Both the position numbers and the translations under genes were made by a program. A stretch of 64,000 nt of DNA, taken from NCBI RefSeq assembly GCF_000002075.1, contig NW_004797282.1, forward strand, positions 641,813 through 705,812. The letters run 5' to 3'. The notes under the pieces were generated by a model that did no database searches, was not told the origin of the DNA, and saw only the letters and a program-made list of their open reading frames with translations. The stretch is from Aplysia californica. Its lineage: Eukaryota. This document shows, in pieces, positions 36,244-48,200 of the stretch (positions within the stretch are counted from its first letter, which is position 1; every line of letters begins with the position of its first letter).

Positions 36244-39200
36244 ATGTACAGTTTCAATGGAGATTTCCGACAAAAACCGATACAGTCTTTGAGAGGAGCG
36301 AGTAAGAATGTAAGTTTTAGTTCCGACTTGTGCGACACGCTTGCTTGTTGTTTGTTGTGTCTGTTGACATTTTGATTTCAGGATTTTGGATCCTTCACTT
36401 TTTTCCAAATTATGAATGTCCTGGACGGTATTCGGGTTCATTGTGAACCGTTTATTTTTTAGACAACTATTCTAGATCTAAGTCTAGATCTAGATCTACA
36501 TTTCCAGGTGTTGATCATGGTCCTTTTTTTGTACTTATTTTCCATGTGGGATTCTCTGGCCAGTCTCTTCTACTCTTCTGAGCCAGTCTTGGGAAGGCAT
36601 GCCTTTTGCTCTCCAGTAGTTCTCGACTACCTTAGGAATACATGATTTTCATTAATTTCTCTCAATGAAGAATCTCAGACCTGTGGTAGGTCTTTACTCA
36701 CCGGAGTTTTCTACTCGACTGGCCGTGTAGGACAGTCGTGTCAGGCTGTCAGGTGGTGTTTTTCGTGTGATCAATTCGCAAGTCCGTGCAAAGTGCTGTG
36801 TTGTGAGTTCATTGAGTGTTCGGAGAGTCACTACATGGCCCCCCTCCAGCGCTGACATGACAGGAGGTTCTAGAACCGGGGAGGTGGTCTCACGATACGT
36901 CCTGAACGTGAGACCTTCCAGCATGCTTGTTGTGGTTCCTGTAGAGTAACAGGAGCGGATTGTACAGCTTGTTGGGTCGACAGGGTTGAATTGTTAGTAT
37001 TTTTGCACTTGGATTAACAAGCGATGAAGACGGAGGTCGCCCACGTCTTGGTGCCTGAGCAACGCGTACTGGTTGCGACAGATCCACTAAAGCTGGTTTG
37101 AGTCGGTCGACGGAGATGTGTTCCGTGTGACCACTTAGATCGACAAGAAAGGTTTTGTCATGCCTTTCTGAAACCTTGTACGGACCAGTATACGGGCGCT
37201 GTAGGGGTTTTTGGTGAGCGTCGCAGCGGATGAAGACGAACTTGGCTGTGTCTAGTGACGAGGGGATGTTGGAGGTAGGTACACAGTGCAGTGATGTCGC
37301 CTTGGCTAGTTGTGACTGCATATTTGGGATCGTAAGTTGGCGAGGCTGTGTGACTGGTCGAATGGTGAAGTGTCACTGATAAAAAATTTGCCCGGTACTC
37401 TGAGTGGTTCTCCATAAACTAGCTCAGCGACAGAAGTTCCCAGGTCCTCTTTTGGGGCAGTCCTCAAACTGAGCAGTACCCATCCCAGTTCATCGAGCCA
37501 GTTCGTGCTTTGGAGTCTTGCTTTGAGAGTAGGCTCACTCTTAAGGGACCGGTGGAATCGCTCTATCAGTCTATTGGATTGAGGGTGATAGGCTGTTGTA
37601 TGATGAAGATTGGTACCAAGGCGCTCGGCCATCTCTCTCCACAAGGCAGAAGTAAACTGAGGGCCTCTGTCGGATGTGATGTGGATGGGGATGCCAAAAC
37701 GGGCGGTCCAGTGATTGATTAGCGCACGGCCACATTCTGTTGTTGATGTGTCCTTGAGTGGGACAGCCTCTGGCCATCGTGACGTTCTGTCGATGATTGT
37801 GAAGAGGTGAGTGAAGCCCTGTGATGGGGGTAAAGGACCTACAAAATCGACATGAACGTGACTGAACCTCTTTTCGGGCACTGAAATCTTCTCGATGGGT
37901 GCCTTAGTATGCTTTTGTACTTTAGAAGCTTGGCAGTCCGTACATTTCTTGACCCACTTGCTGACTTCTTTCCTTACCCCATGCCAAACAAATCTCTGGG
38001 ATATCAGGCGGACTGTAGCCTTCCTTCCTGGGTGGGAGAGGCTATGAAACAAATCGAAGACCTGTAGACGAAATGCTGGAGGTACAATTGGTCTAGGATG
38101 TCAGGTCGAAATGTCACACCGCAGTTCTGGTCCTCCAGATTCGATAGCCATTGAAACTGCGCAATCCTGGGAAAGAAGCGCTGTCGTCTAGAGAAAGATG
38201 TCAGTGCATTGGGCTTCAGCCATTGCTTTGTAGTCCAGTCCTATTGTGGTCTGGAAAATGGCTCGGGACAAACAGTCTGCAACATGGTTCTCCTTCCCTG
38301 AAATGTGCCGTATGTCCGTGGTAAATTCTGAGATGAATGTCAGGTGACGTTGCTGGCGAGCTGACCAGGGTGGGGATAACTTGGACATAGCGTCCACCAG
38401 AGGTTTATGATCGATGAATGCTGTGAGGCACCTACCCTCAAGCAAAAATCGGAAGTGACGGACTGCAAGATAGAGTCCTAATAACTCCCGATCATATGTG
38501 CTGTACCGTTGTTCTGGCTCTCGAAGTTGTCTGCTGAAAAATGCTGAAGGTTGCCAGGCCTCATCGACATATTGTTCGAAGACAGAGCTAACTGCGTGAT
38601 CTGACGCGTCGGTGGTTAAGGCAATGGGAACGTTTGTTCTGGGATGCGAGAGGAGAGTGCAGTCGGCAAGCATGCGTTTGCTGACCTGGAAGGCTGTAGT
38701 CATCTGTTCCGTCCAGCAAAGTTTTGTTTTTTTCTTTTCTCCCTTCAGAGCTTCGTAGAGAGGGCGTAGTATTACTGAGGCAGCTCGAGGCAGAAAAAAG
38801 CGATGGTAGAAGTTAAGCATTCCCAGAAATTCTTGGAGTGCTTTGTAGGTGGTTGGCCTCGGGAATTCTTCTATAACTTTGACTTTAGAAGGGAGTGGGG
38901 TAGATCCATCTCGTGTGACTCGATGGCCTAGAAATTCGATTTCGGTCACTCCAAACACACATTTTTCTAACCTAACAACTAGGCCCGCTTCTTCGAGTCT
39001 TTTGCAAACTTGCCATAGGAGATCTTTAATGTGTTGAGCTGCTGATGAGCTGGCAATGAGTATATCATCCAGATAGATGAATGCGCACGAAATGTCCTGC
39101 AGTACGGAATCCATAAGACGCTGGAATGCCTGTGCGGCGTTTCTAAGGCCGAATGGCATGCGTAGAAATTCGTATAGGGCCGAATGGTGTAATGACAGCA

Positions 39201-42200
39201 GTTTTCGGAATGTCCTGCGCAACTGGGATTTGGTGGTAACCTCGAACGAGGTTGATTTTGGAGAAAATGCTTTTGCCAGCGAGTCATGCTGAGAAGTCTT
39301 GAATGTGGGGAATTGGATAACGATCTGGGGTCGTTCTATTGTTGAGTCCACGGTAGTTGCCACAAGGTCGCCAGTCTCCATTACCTTTCGGAGCCATGTG
39401 AAGAGGTGAAGACCAGGGACTGCTAGATCGTCTAATAATTCCCATTTCCTCCATTTTCGGGAATTCAGCTTTGGCGATGGGTAGTTTGTCGGGGGGTAGT
39501 CGACGTGCTTAGGCATGTACGGGTGGACCAGTGGTGGAGATGAAATGGGAAACACCGTGCTTCACTTCGGAGGCTGAAAAGGTTGGCTCGAGGATTTCAG
39601 GAAACTCTGTTAATATCTTCCTAAATTTGTTGCTTTCTGGGTCCATGATGGCTAGCTGAGAATCTGAAATCTAACTGATAGTACATGGCAGGTATACTTT
39701 GAAAGATTGAGCCGCTATCAGTTTCTGACCACGAATGTCTACCAGTAGGTTGTGGCGACAAAGAAAGTCAGCACCAAGTAGGGCCCGCTTTACATCGCCG
39801 ATGACAAGCCTGGCGTCGAAAGCATTGTTTTGGAAACGAATGGTGGTGTTGAGCGCTCCATATATATTGATTGTGCTACCATTTGCAGCTAAAAGTGGAG
39901 AGCCTGAAGTGTTCGCCTGTTTGTCCCGCCATGTAGCAGGAAGAACCAAAACTTGGGCTCCCGTATCGATGATGTAACGGCGGCCAGAGACATAGTCCAT
40001 GGTAATCAATTGAGCTTTTTGTGGGCCAACAGAAGGTTCTGAAGCCAGACTGAATTCTGCTGGCCGACCTACTCGTTTCCCTGAACTGCAGATGCTTTTT
40101 TGGAGGCTTTGTAACTGCATGGGGGAACTCATTTTTTGGCGTTTGATCCGAATCTGTGGTGTTAAAAGCATACACCTGTCGAGTTGCAAGGTCTGGGCTT
40201 GCTAGCAGCCGTTGTGCTATCTACGGCCAGTAGTGTCACGGGTGGAGCAACGGCAAGGAATAATTTGTCGGCCTCTTGTGCTAACGTGCGGCAGTCGAGA
40301 TGGTAGAATGTTGCCAGGGGGGCTCTCACGTATTCAGGCTACTGTTGTAGGAATAAGTGTCTGAAAAGGAAGCACGGTTCGTGCGCTCCCAGTAGGCCTA
40401 ACATGGAGTCCATTGGCTCTGATGGCTTACGGTCTCCTAACCCCTGTAGATTAATATTGAAAGTGCCTGAGTTGCTGTGCTGTTGTCGAGGGCGGCGACA
40501 ACATGGTAGTATCTAGTTTCGTCTTGGGTAATATTTCGCAAAGCGAATTGCGCTTCAGTTTGGGCGAACCAAGACCAAGCTTCCGGCCCGGCTGTCCAAA
40601 ATGTTGGTAGTTTAATAGAAACTGCACTTACTTGACGATCCTTTTCGCATATTTTGAAGGGATGATAAGGGTTGTGACGAAAATGCAAGTCTGCTCAAAT
40701 ATGATTCAAAATATAATCCAAAACAGAACACACAAAGTCGAAATTGCGTTTCAATGTCGGGGTCACCAATGTGGTAGGTCTTTACTCACCGGAGTTTTCT
40801 ACTCGACTGGCCGTGGCCGTGTAGGACAGTCGTGTCAGGTGGTGTTTTTCGTGTGAGCACTTCGCAAGTCCGTGCAAAGTCATGATCATGTCAGCTGCTG
40901 TGTTGTGAGTTAACTGAGTGTTCGGAGAGTCACTACAGGCCGGTACTAAAAATTTGTCAGGGGGGCAGTCCCCCCTGAACCCCCCCACCCGTTCTCGAGA
41001 AATGATACGAGTGGTCCGGTATTTTTCAGTCGACGATTTTGTAGTTTCGTTCGTTAAAGTCAAGAGTAGGGGGGTTTCAGGGGGGCTCGCCCCTCTGACT
41101 TAATAAAAATATGGAGGTGGGGGGAATTTTATCCTAATTTGATTTTTTTGCAGTTAGGTTGCATCCCTACTCTTTGTGTAGCCTTATTTCAAATAGAATC
41201 TAGATCTAGTATTTGGTCATCAAGACTTCTGGATTTCTTCTCTGGATGTAAACAAATGGATCGTGGACTTTAACGAACGGAGCTACAAGATCACCCTTCA
41301 ATCTTCCCATCTAGATCTACTACTAGACTCTATCTCTAAATTTAAATATCTCCGAACGTTCTGGAAAATAAAGCTGAACTCTATTTCTCCGAATGGTGTC
41401 CGATCTCTAGATTTTTTGGGTTATTTGCGAGATTTAGGCGTCATCCTTTCATTCTGCCATTCTGAGAGGACTGGGAAGAAGCATTATTTGCATCAAATTC
41501 AATTTCTAGAGCTAGAGATTTTTAAATGTCTGAATATTCAGATACTTCAGTTGTGGTTGGGGCAACGTTCCCGACTATACTTCATTTGAACATACCTTCA
41601 AAAGGTACAGCGAGAAAACAAGACTGCTTGACCTTGGCAGTAACCTATTTTGCATTTAGTCACCAAGCAAAAACTAAATACTCTTCATGTAAAAAAAAAA
41701 AAATCCCTCCCCACTCCATTCGCTTATAATCAACAAATCTCGAGGACGGAAACTGTTTGGAAAAATAGAGTTCCACTTTATTTTCCCGAACGTTCGGAGA
41801 AATAGAGCCGGCTTTTTTCTTTATGTCCCTGTTTAAGATGTTGTACTTTTCCAAGCTTTTCTTGTCTCTTCCATTAGTTTTAATTTAATATGTCCTGGGT
41901 CATCCATTTTTTATTAGCTTTTTTAGCTTTTGGGGGAATATTTTCTTCCACAGCTTCCATTATTGAGTCTTTCTTTGTGCTCCATAGTTCTTCCGATTAA
42001 GTCATGTTTTCCAAAGCTTGAAATTTATTGCTTACATCTATGGAGAAACGTTCTTTCGGTTCTTGGTTTGTCTTTAAAAGACCTATGTCAAATAGGTAGG
42101 GAATATACTGGATAATAATGGACACGGTACACTCCTGGAAATAATTTTTTAAGCCAGCTTGGCAGTGACCTAAGTGATTTGTCTTACTCTTACTAAAACT

Positions 42201-45200
42201 TTTTAAGCTATAGAAATGTATGTTTTTTTGTTTATTTAGTTGCTTAAATATGTGGTCGATGAATTAGGTATAGTTATTTTTGTGTGTATATATGTGTGTT
42301 TTACCCAGTCAAAGTGTTTTTTTGATTATTTGAAATGACAATTTTTTTTTTTTCAGGAACAAAAAGAGACACTCCTGAGAAGAGCACAGGAAGAAAGACT
42401 TAAAAGAGAGGCAAGTGATAAAGAGATCATACTCCTTTATTTAGAATATTTTTTTTTTACCCTTTCACAGAAAGTTGTTTTGTCTAAATTATTTTGAAAA
42501 AAAGTATGTTGCCTCAGTATTACAGTAGTATAGAATAGACCTTTTAGTGTGGGTTACTGACGTGAAAATATATTTCCACATTAAGATTTGAGAGGAAAAG
42601 AAGTAGAAGACCGTTTACTGTGCTAATGACAGACCCAGTTATGTTTTTTTAATTGTGATGAGTGAAAATATGTGTACTGACTAAATGTTTCTATTTCCAG
42701 GATGCTCGTCGAAGGGTGGCCAGTGCAACTAAGATACAGTCTTACTACAGAGGATTTTATAACAGGAAAATTTTGGTAATTGATTAGGATTCCGCAAGCA
42801 AAGCTTTAATATTTCACGTACTTTAGATTCATATTGTATATATTAGAATACATTACTTGATTTTGCTTTTTACGGTATCATTTTTCATATTCGTCACATT
42901 GTTTGAGTCATGTTAAATTATGCATGAAATGAATAGATTCACTGTATTGCTGCTTTTAGAACCAATGTTGTTGTACAGCATACTGTAATTGTTTCTTTTG
43001 ACTTTTGTGCTTAGTTGCAATATTCTTGTGAAAATTTGATATATGTCATACTTTATGAATACAAAAATGTTGCTGCCCTACTTTGACAGTAGTGGTGGTT
43101 TTTTTCCGGGTGTGGGGTTTGCTTCTTCGTCCTTTTTATTGATTATTCTGACATATTATTGTGCTGGTGAACAATTTGTGCCTTTCTTGCTGTAATCATC
43201 TGTCAAACGATACCCACAATATCAACCTCTTTAAATGTTTGGCGGGATTTTTCAACATCAGTGTGAGAACAAGTTAAAGCTTGTGGACGTTTGACTTTCA
43301 AACATGATCTGTGCCCTTATTTTCCCAATTTCAGTCTTTGAAAAGTTGGCGGGTCTGCTCATGTACAAAAATTTTGCTCGGCAAACTTAGTATTGGTTTC
43401 CCACAATACTAGTGTGTTCATTATTCTATTGTTGAAATTTCTATCTTCTAATCCACCCTCAGAGGGCCCAGCTGCGTTCTGAGTTTGATCGTAGGACTCA
43501 GTCGGACAAGACCCTGACTGACCCGCTGAATCTGCAGTGGTGCATCTCAAAGCTCTGTTTGTTCTTCAATGAACATTTGGATGGTCAGAGACTGGTAAGA
43601 AACTACATTTGTGCTTGCTGCTGTTGTATTGCCCACGCACATTTCTATATTGAGGCCTCTTTCTTCATAACTGAGCTGTTTTATGATGTGCTGAGAATGT
43701 TGGACTAATTTCTAGTAGTAAATGGTGGCTTTTAAGGACAAGCGGGCTAAACCAAATTTCGGGGGTTTCCAGAAATCTTGACCTACACCAAAAGTGGGTA
43801 TTGCCCTACCAATAGAAAAAGTTTGGTTCATTGATGTGTATATTTGTTTGGCTATGGGGAAATTCTCTGTCTTTTAAAGAAACTGAACAAGGGGCAAAGA
43901 CTTTACCTTTGATTTTCCCAGAACAGCATTTTTCCGGATAGCCCTCTTGTGCTTAAAAGCGACAAAATATAAGTGTCTGAATTATTTTAGTTTTTCAGTA
44001 TTTAATTGCGTTGTCTTTTGTGATGGATTTGAGTATGGATAACATCAGGGTGTGGATAATTAGTGGAAATACAGCTGTACGGATATTCCAGGCAGGCTGA
44101 TGTCTGTTTTGTCGTCAGTGTTGCTCTCTCACAGATCTGTATAAAGTATATGAAGACCATTATTTAGTTCGTCTGTGCTCCCAAATGTCTTGGGCTGCAT
44201 ACAAAAAAAAATAAAGGTTGGTAGCAGTCTCCAAGAAAATTTTGACCATTATGAGAACTGCTCTTGACTGGTCAGGTTTATTTTCTTTCTACGGGTTGAT
44301 GAGTTTGTCATATGTTGAGATGTATTATATAATGCAGTCAGTTTACCTTTGTGGCTGCATACTCTTTTGTGTCTCATGTTGTAGTACATTGATGTTGACT
44401 GAATTATGCCGTTTGATTTTAAAAGTCATGTCAGAGATGAAAGTGACACACATTTTTGTCCCTTTACTTCACAGATCACAACATGTCAGGTGGTTATCAA
44501 GCAAAGAGAGGAGTACCTGGCAAGCCTTCGGTCAGACATGTCTTGTTTGCTGACTCAGATGCGCTCGCTCTTGCGGGTCATAGTTCAGTAAGATTTCCTG
44601 ATATATGGGGCAGCGTGGTGAAATCAGGCGCTCGTCAAAATAAAATGAAATCCAAGAAATCAGCCTTTTCTAGCCCATTTGGAGATCTTTTTCGAATTTT
44701 TGTTTTTTGGTTCAACACTTTTTATATCTATTGAAAAACACATATCTGTGAAGATTTAGGTGAAAAAAGGTTGAGAAAGGCACAAAAAAATATTATTTAT
44801 TTGTTTCTAAAGTCTCTCAAACTATGTAAAACACCAGGCTTTGGCAGCCATTTTCTCGCTTATTTTACCTCCGAAATCAGGCGCCCCCCCCCCCACCTCT
44901 TTCAATTGCAAATATCTTGACATCTATTGAAGATAGATGGGTATTTTCTTTTATCACAAGCAAGACAAATGAACATGCTTTATAATGGTACTAATAACTC
45001 CATATATTAAAAGATTGACAAGCGCCCGATTCCACCGCGTTGCAACACATAAACTTTTGCCTATTGGGAGATTTTGCTTATTTGTTTTATAGTTAAAAAA
45101 AAAAGAAGAAATTTAAGTGAAATTCTTAAAACCAAAGAGTTTGGATCTGTGTGAGCTTTTTGCTGTTCACTGAAACACAGTGTTGAACTCATTGAAGACG

Positions 45201-48200
45201 CAAGTTTTTCACCAAGAATTTCCCTGGAAACCCACGATTCTTACCTATTTTCAAAAAATCACTCTGATAAACCTACTTACTGTACATGTATAGAATTTGA
45301 CACAAAGTTAAATCATCATGTATACTTACATAAAATGTATTTATTTTTACAAAATTATGTTTTCTGTGAAAAAAAAAATTATATCTAAACGTGGAACAAA
45401 AACTTTTTTTTTTAGCTAAGCACATGGATCTCAGAATTGATTGTAGTCAATTAGAATAGTTTCGAACAAGTAATACAAAGTGATATTATCAATAAGAATA
45501 GTGACATTGACAGGAGCATTGTTGTCTCCTGAATCAATATTCCCCATCGCTTCGTTGGTAGTGAAAGGAGCATAATGTAGCTCCCTTTTCTTGTTTATGT
45601 AAAAAGTAGGTCAGGTCAGCGTGATTCAGCAGATTGCTTATAGCAGACAATTCGGATGACCAATTGTCAAAGGGATACAACCACAATAAATTTAAATGGT
45701 TTAACTGACTCCGCGAGTCTTTCCCCTTAAGATTCAATTAGTTTTTAGTTTTTTTTAAAAAGGGTGCAATTTGTGGGTCCCGGGACCCGGCGCGTCTTCA
45801 GCGTTTGTTGACCTCGTCGGGTCGCGGGACCCGACACGGGGTCAATGAGTTAAGTTGTCTGCTGCCATTTGAAAATTCTGACTAATGTTGAATTCATGTG
45901 AACTTTTCAAATTTTATGTCTTGTCCATATTTCGTAAATTTTGGTTATTTCATACTTTTGTTTTTTCATTTGTTTGTGTTCAGGTATTTGAACAGTATTG
46001 CAGACACGAATGCCCCAATTGCCATCCCAATGCGGATGCTGGAGATCTTTCTGGCCCCTGCCACTTACAATGTTTTCAGTGGAAATGACAAGGTTGCGGA
46101 TCAGAAAATAGCCTCAAATCTCTTGCAAACCCTTATCAATAGAGGTTAGTAAAGGAGCTGGACTGGCAGTCTTATTTTCTGTGTATATGTGTATAAGTAC
46201 TTCTTGTATTATTTTGTGTGCATTTGTTGCCTCATTTTGTTCCTTTGTTCCAAAATGTTCTTTTGATTAGTTGTCTACATCATTGTGTGTTTGGTATGTT
46301 TACAGTTAGATTTTGCTAATGTGTTGGCCTGATTCTAAGATGTTTTGAGAACATCTATTTGTCTGCTCAGGGCTTAGTTAGTGTGGTTTTCTCCCTTTAA
46401 TAGGCAGAATAGGCTTCATTGTTCTGTTATGTGAGTGTAGGGCTGTTGCATAACTGTAGAGGAAAGTGTTAAGCGCTGAATTGGTCCTCCTTCAATGTCA
46501 AGTGATCACTGCATCTTTGATTTTAAGGCCAGTCTTCATTTTCCCTCTCCTTTTGCTAATATCTGTTTCTGTCTGTTCTCGCTCTCTTGAGTTCATGAAT
46601 ATTGAGTCTAGGTTCCTCTATGCTGGCATTTTAGTACCTCAGGAGATCGCTTTCTTGTAACAAATATGTCCTCGTCTCTACAGTGTGCATTGCTGAAAGC
46701 CTAAAAGTGGGAACTTGTGTTCTTCCACTGCCTCTATAGCTAATCTTATCTTACATTTTGTTTCAATACGCCTTCTAAAGCTTATCAAAGTTAATATTTT
46801 CTGATGTGTTCTGTGCTTAAGTTAATGAAAACTGGCTTTAAAGGAAATGTTCAACCTTGGAAATAAAACTTTTGAAAATCAGTTTTATGTGAATGAGGAG
46901 AGTTTACCTTTTTCATATTTATTGCAGGGTATTTTGGCTGTCTGAGGAAGCTTTTGAATTTTCGTGTTCCTGCCAGTTTGGAAAAGACATCAGTGCCACC
47001 TACCCCTGTTGCTGAGTCCATTTTTGACCTGATAATGAGCCCAGTTAGCTTTGCAGTTGCGTCTTCTGATAAATACTTTCGGTAAGTGCCTTGAAACAGA
47101 CTTGCAGACTGACCGGATTTTTCAGGGACTCAGGGTGACTGCTAGGCCCTGGGAATTACCTGAGAATTTGAAACAAAATCGCAGAGACCCAGGAATGCCC
47201 TGAGAATTTTACGGTAATTTGTAAATTGCCTCATGAAAGACCCATGAAAATATGTAGTTCTTGAATATTTGGAAAAAAAAATCCGATTGAGTCAGTAAGT
47301 TCATTTTCCTGGTCGCCATTGTGATATTCGTTCAGCTTTTCTCTGTCGGAGAGCACATTTCGCACGAACAGGCGGCAGGGGGGAGTGTATGTGTGACACC
47401 GAGACTCGTTCAAGAAAATCTAGATTTACTTTCGCTTTCGTTACACCTCCCAGAAATTTCCTTACGATGGTCTGATAACGCAACTTTGTTACCTCCTGGT
47501 TGTGCAGTATAGTATAAGTACTGTGTTGTCATGCGAATAAAAAGTCAATATTCATCACTGTTGTGTCACTTGCGAAAAAAAGAAAAGATAATACGGGCAT
47601 TGTCCGATTTTTAGATTGTCGGGCTTGCCATTGTGACCGGTCATTGAACCTGTGCGTGTTCACATCACAAACATTTTGTGAGTGTCAGCGGTTGTTGGGG
47701 TCAATAAAGTTCAGGGTGTCCAGCTAGGTTGTAAAGTCGTTAAAAAGTTGTAAATTCAGGGCCCTGGTCATGAAGGTCGTTGGACAGTCTTTTCACATAC
47801 CGCACACCAAAATCAGTCCCACTTGATGTGATTATGTTTGTTCTTTTCTGTAATCTCATGTAATAACTTTTGTATCCCTAATGGGTTTTGCAAAAGTTTT
47901 GAAAACCATAGTTGTTGAGGATGAAATTGTTTGAAATGTTGGGTTTGAGTTTTGTGCTTAAATGGAAGAAAAAGGTCATGTTAGATGGCTCTAGTCAGAG
48001 ACACTGGATAAAGGAAAAAGCCAAAAATACCCCTTGTGGCATCGTGTGCAGTATGTTGATATTGTTTCTCTGTAAGTTAAGGAAACTCTGACATTGAGAA
48101 TTGTTTGATTTATTTTTAAAAAATTATTTCCTGGTAGATAAGACACAATTAAAAATTGATGACGGAAGAAAACTAAATCCTTTTTTAATGTAAGAGCAAA

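Larger units (their letters stand above)
36682..40937 (-). mobile_element. Ty3/Gypsy LTR retrotransposon, CsRn1/Kabuki-like lineage, full length but decayed
   Basis: LTRs 36682-36835 and 40770-40937 (TGT...ACA). TSD GACC/GGCC. PBS TGGTGACCCCGAC (tRNA-Trp) at 40756-40768. PPT at 36836-36850. Order is gag, PR (DTGA), RT (YLDD), RNase H, integrase ([22 protein letters not shown]), GPY/F. Multiple frameshifts and stops. Confidence 0.95.

Noticed and set aside
45701-45852. piggyBac-like TTAA MITE
   Set aside because: The right end looks plausible but the left TIR is too degenerate to support the call
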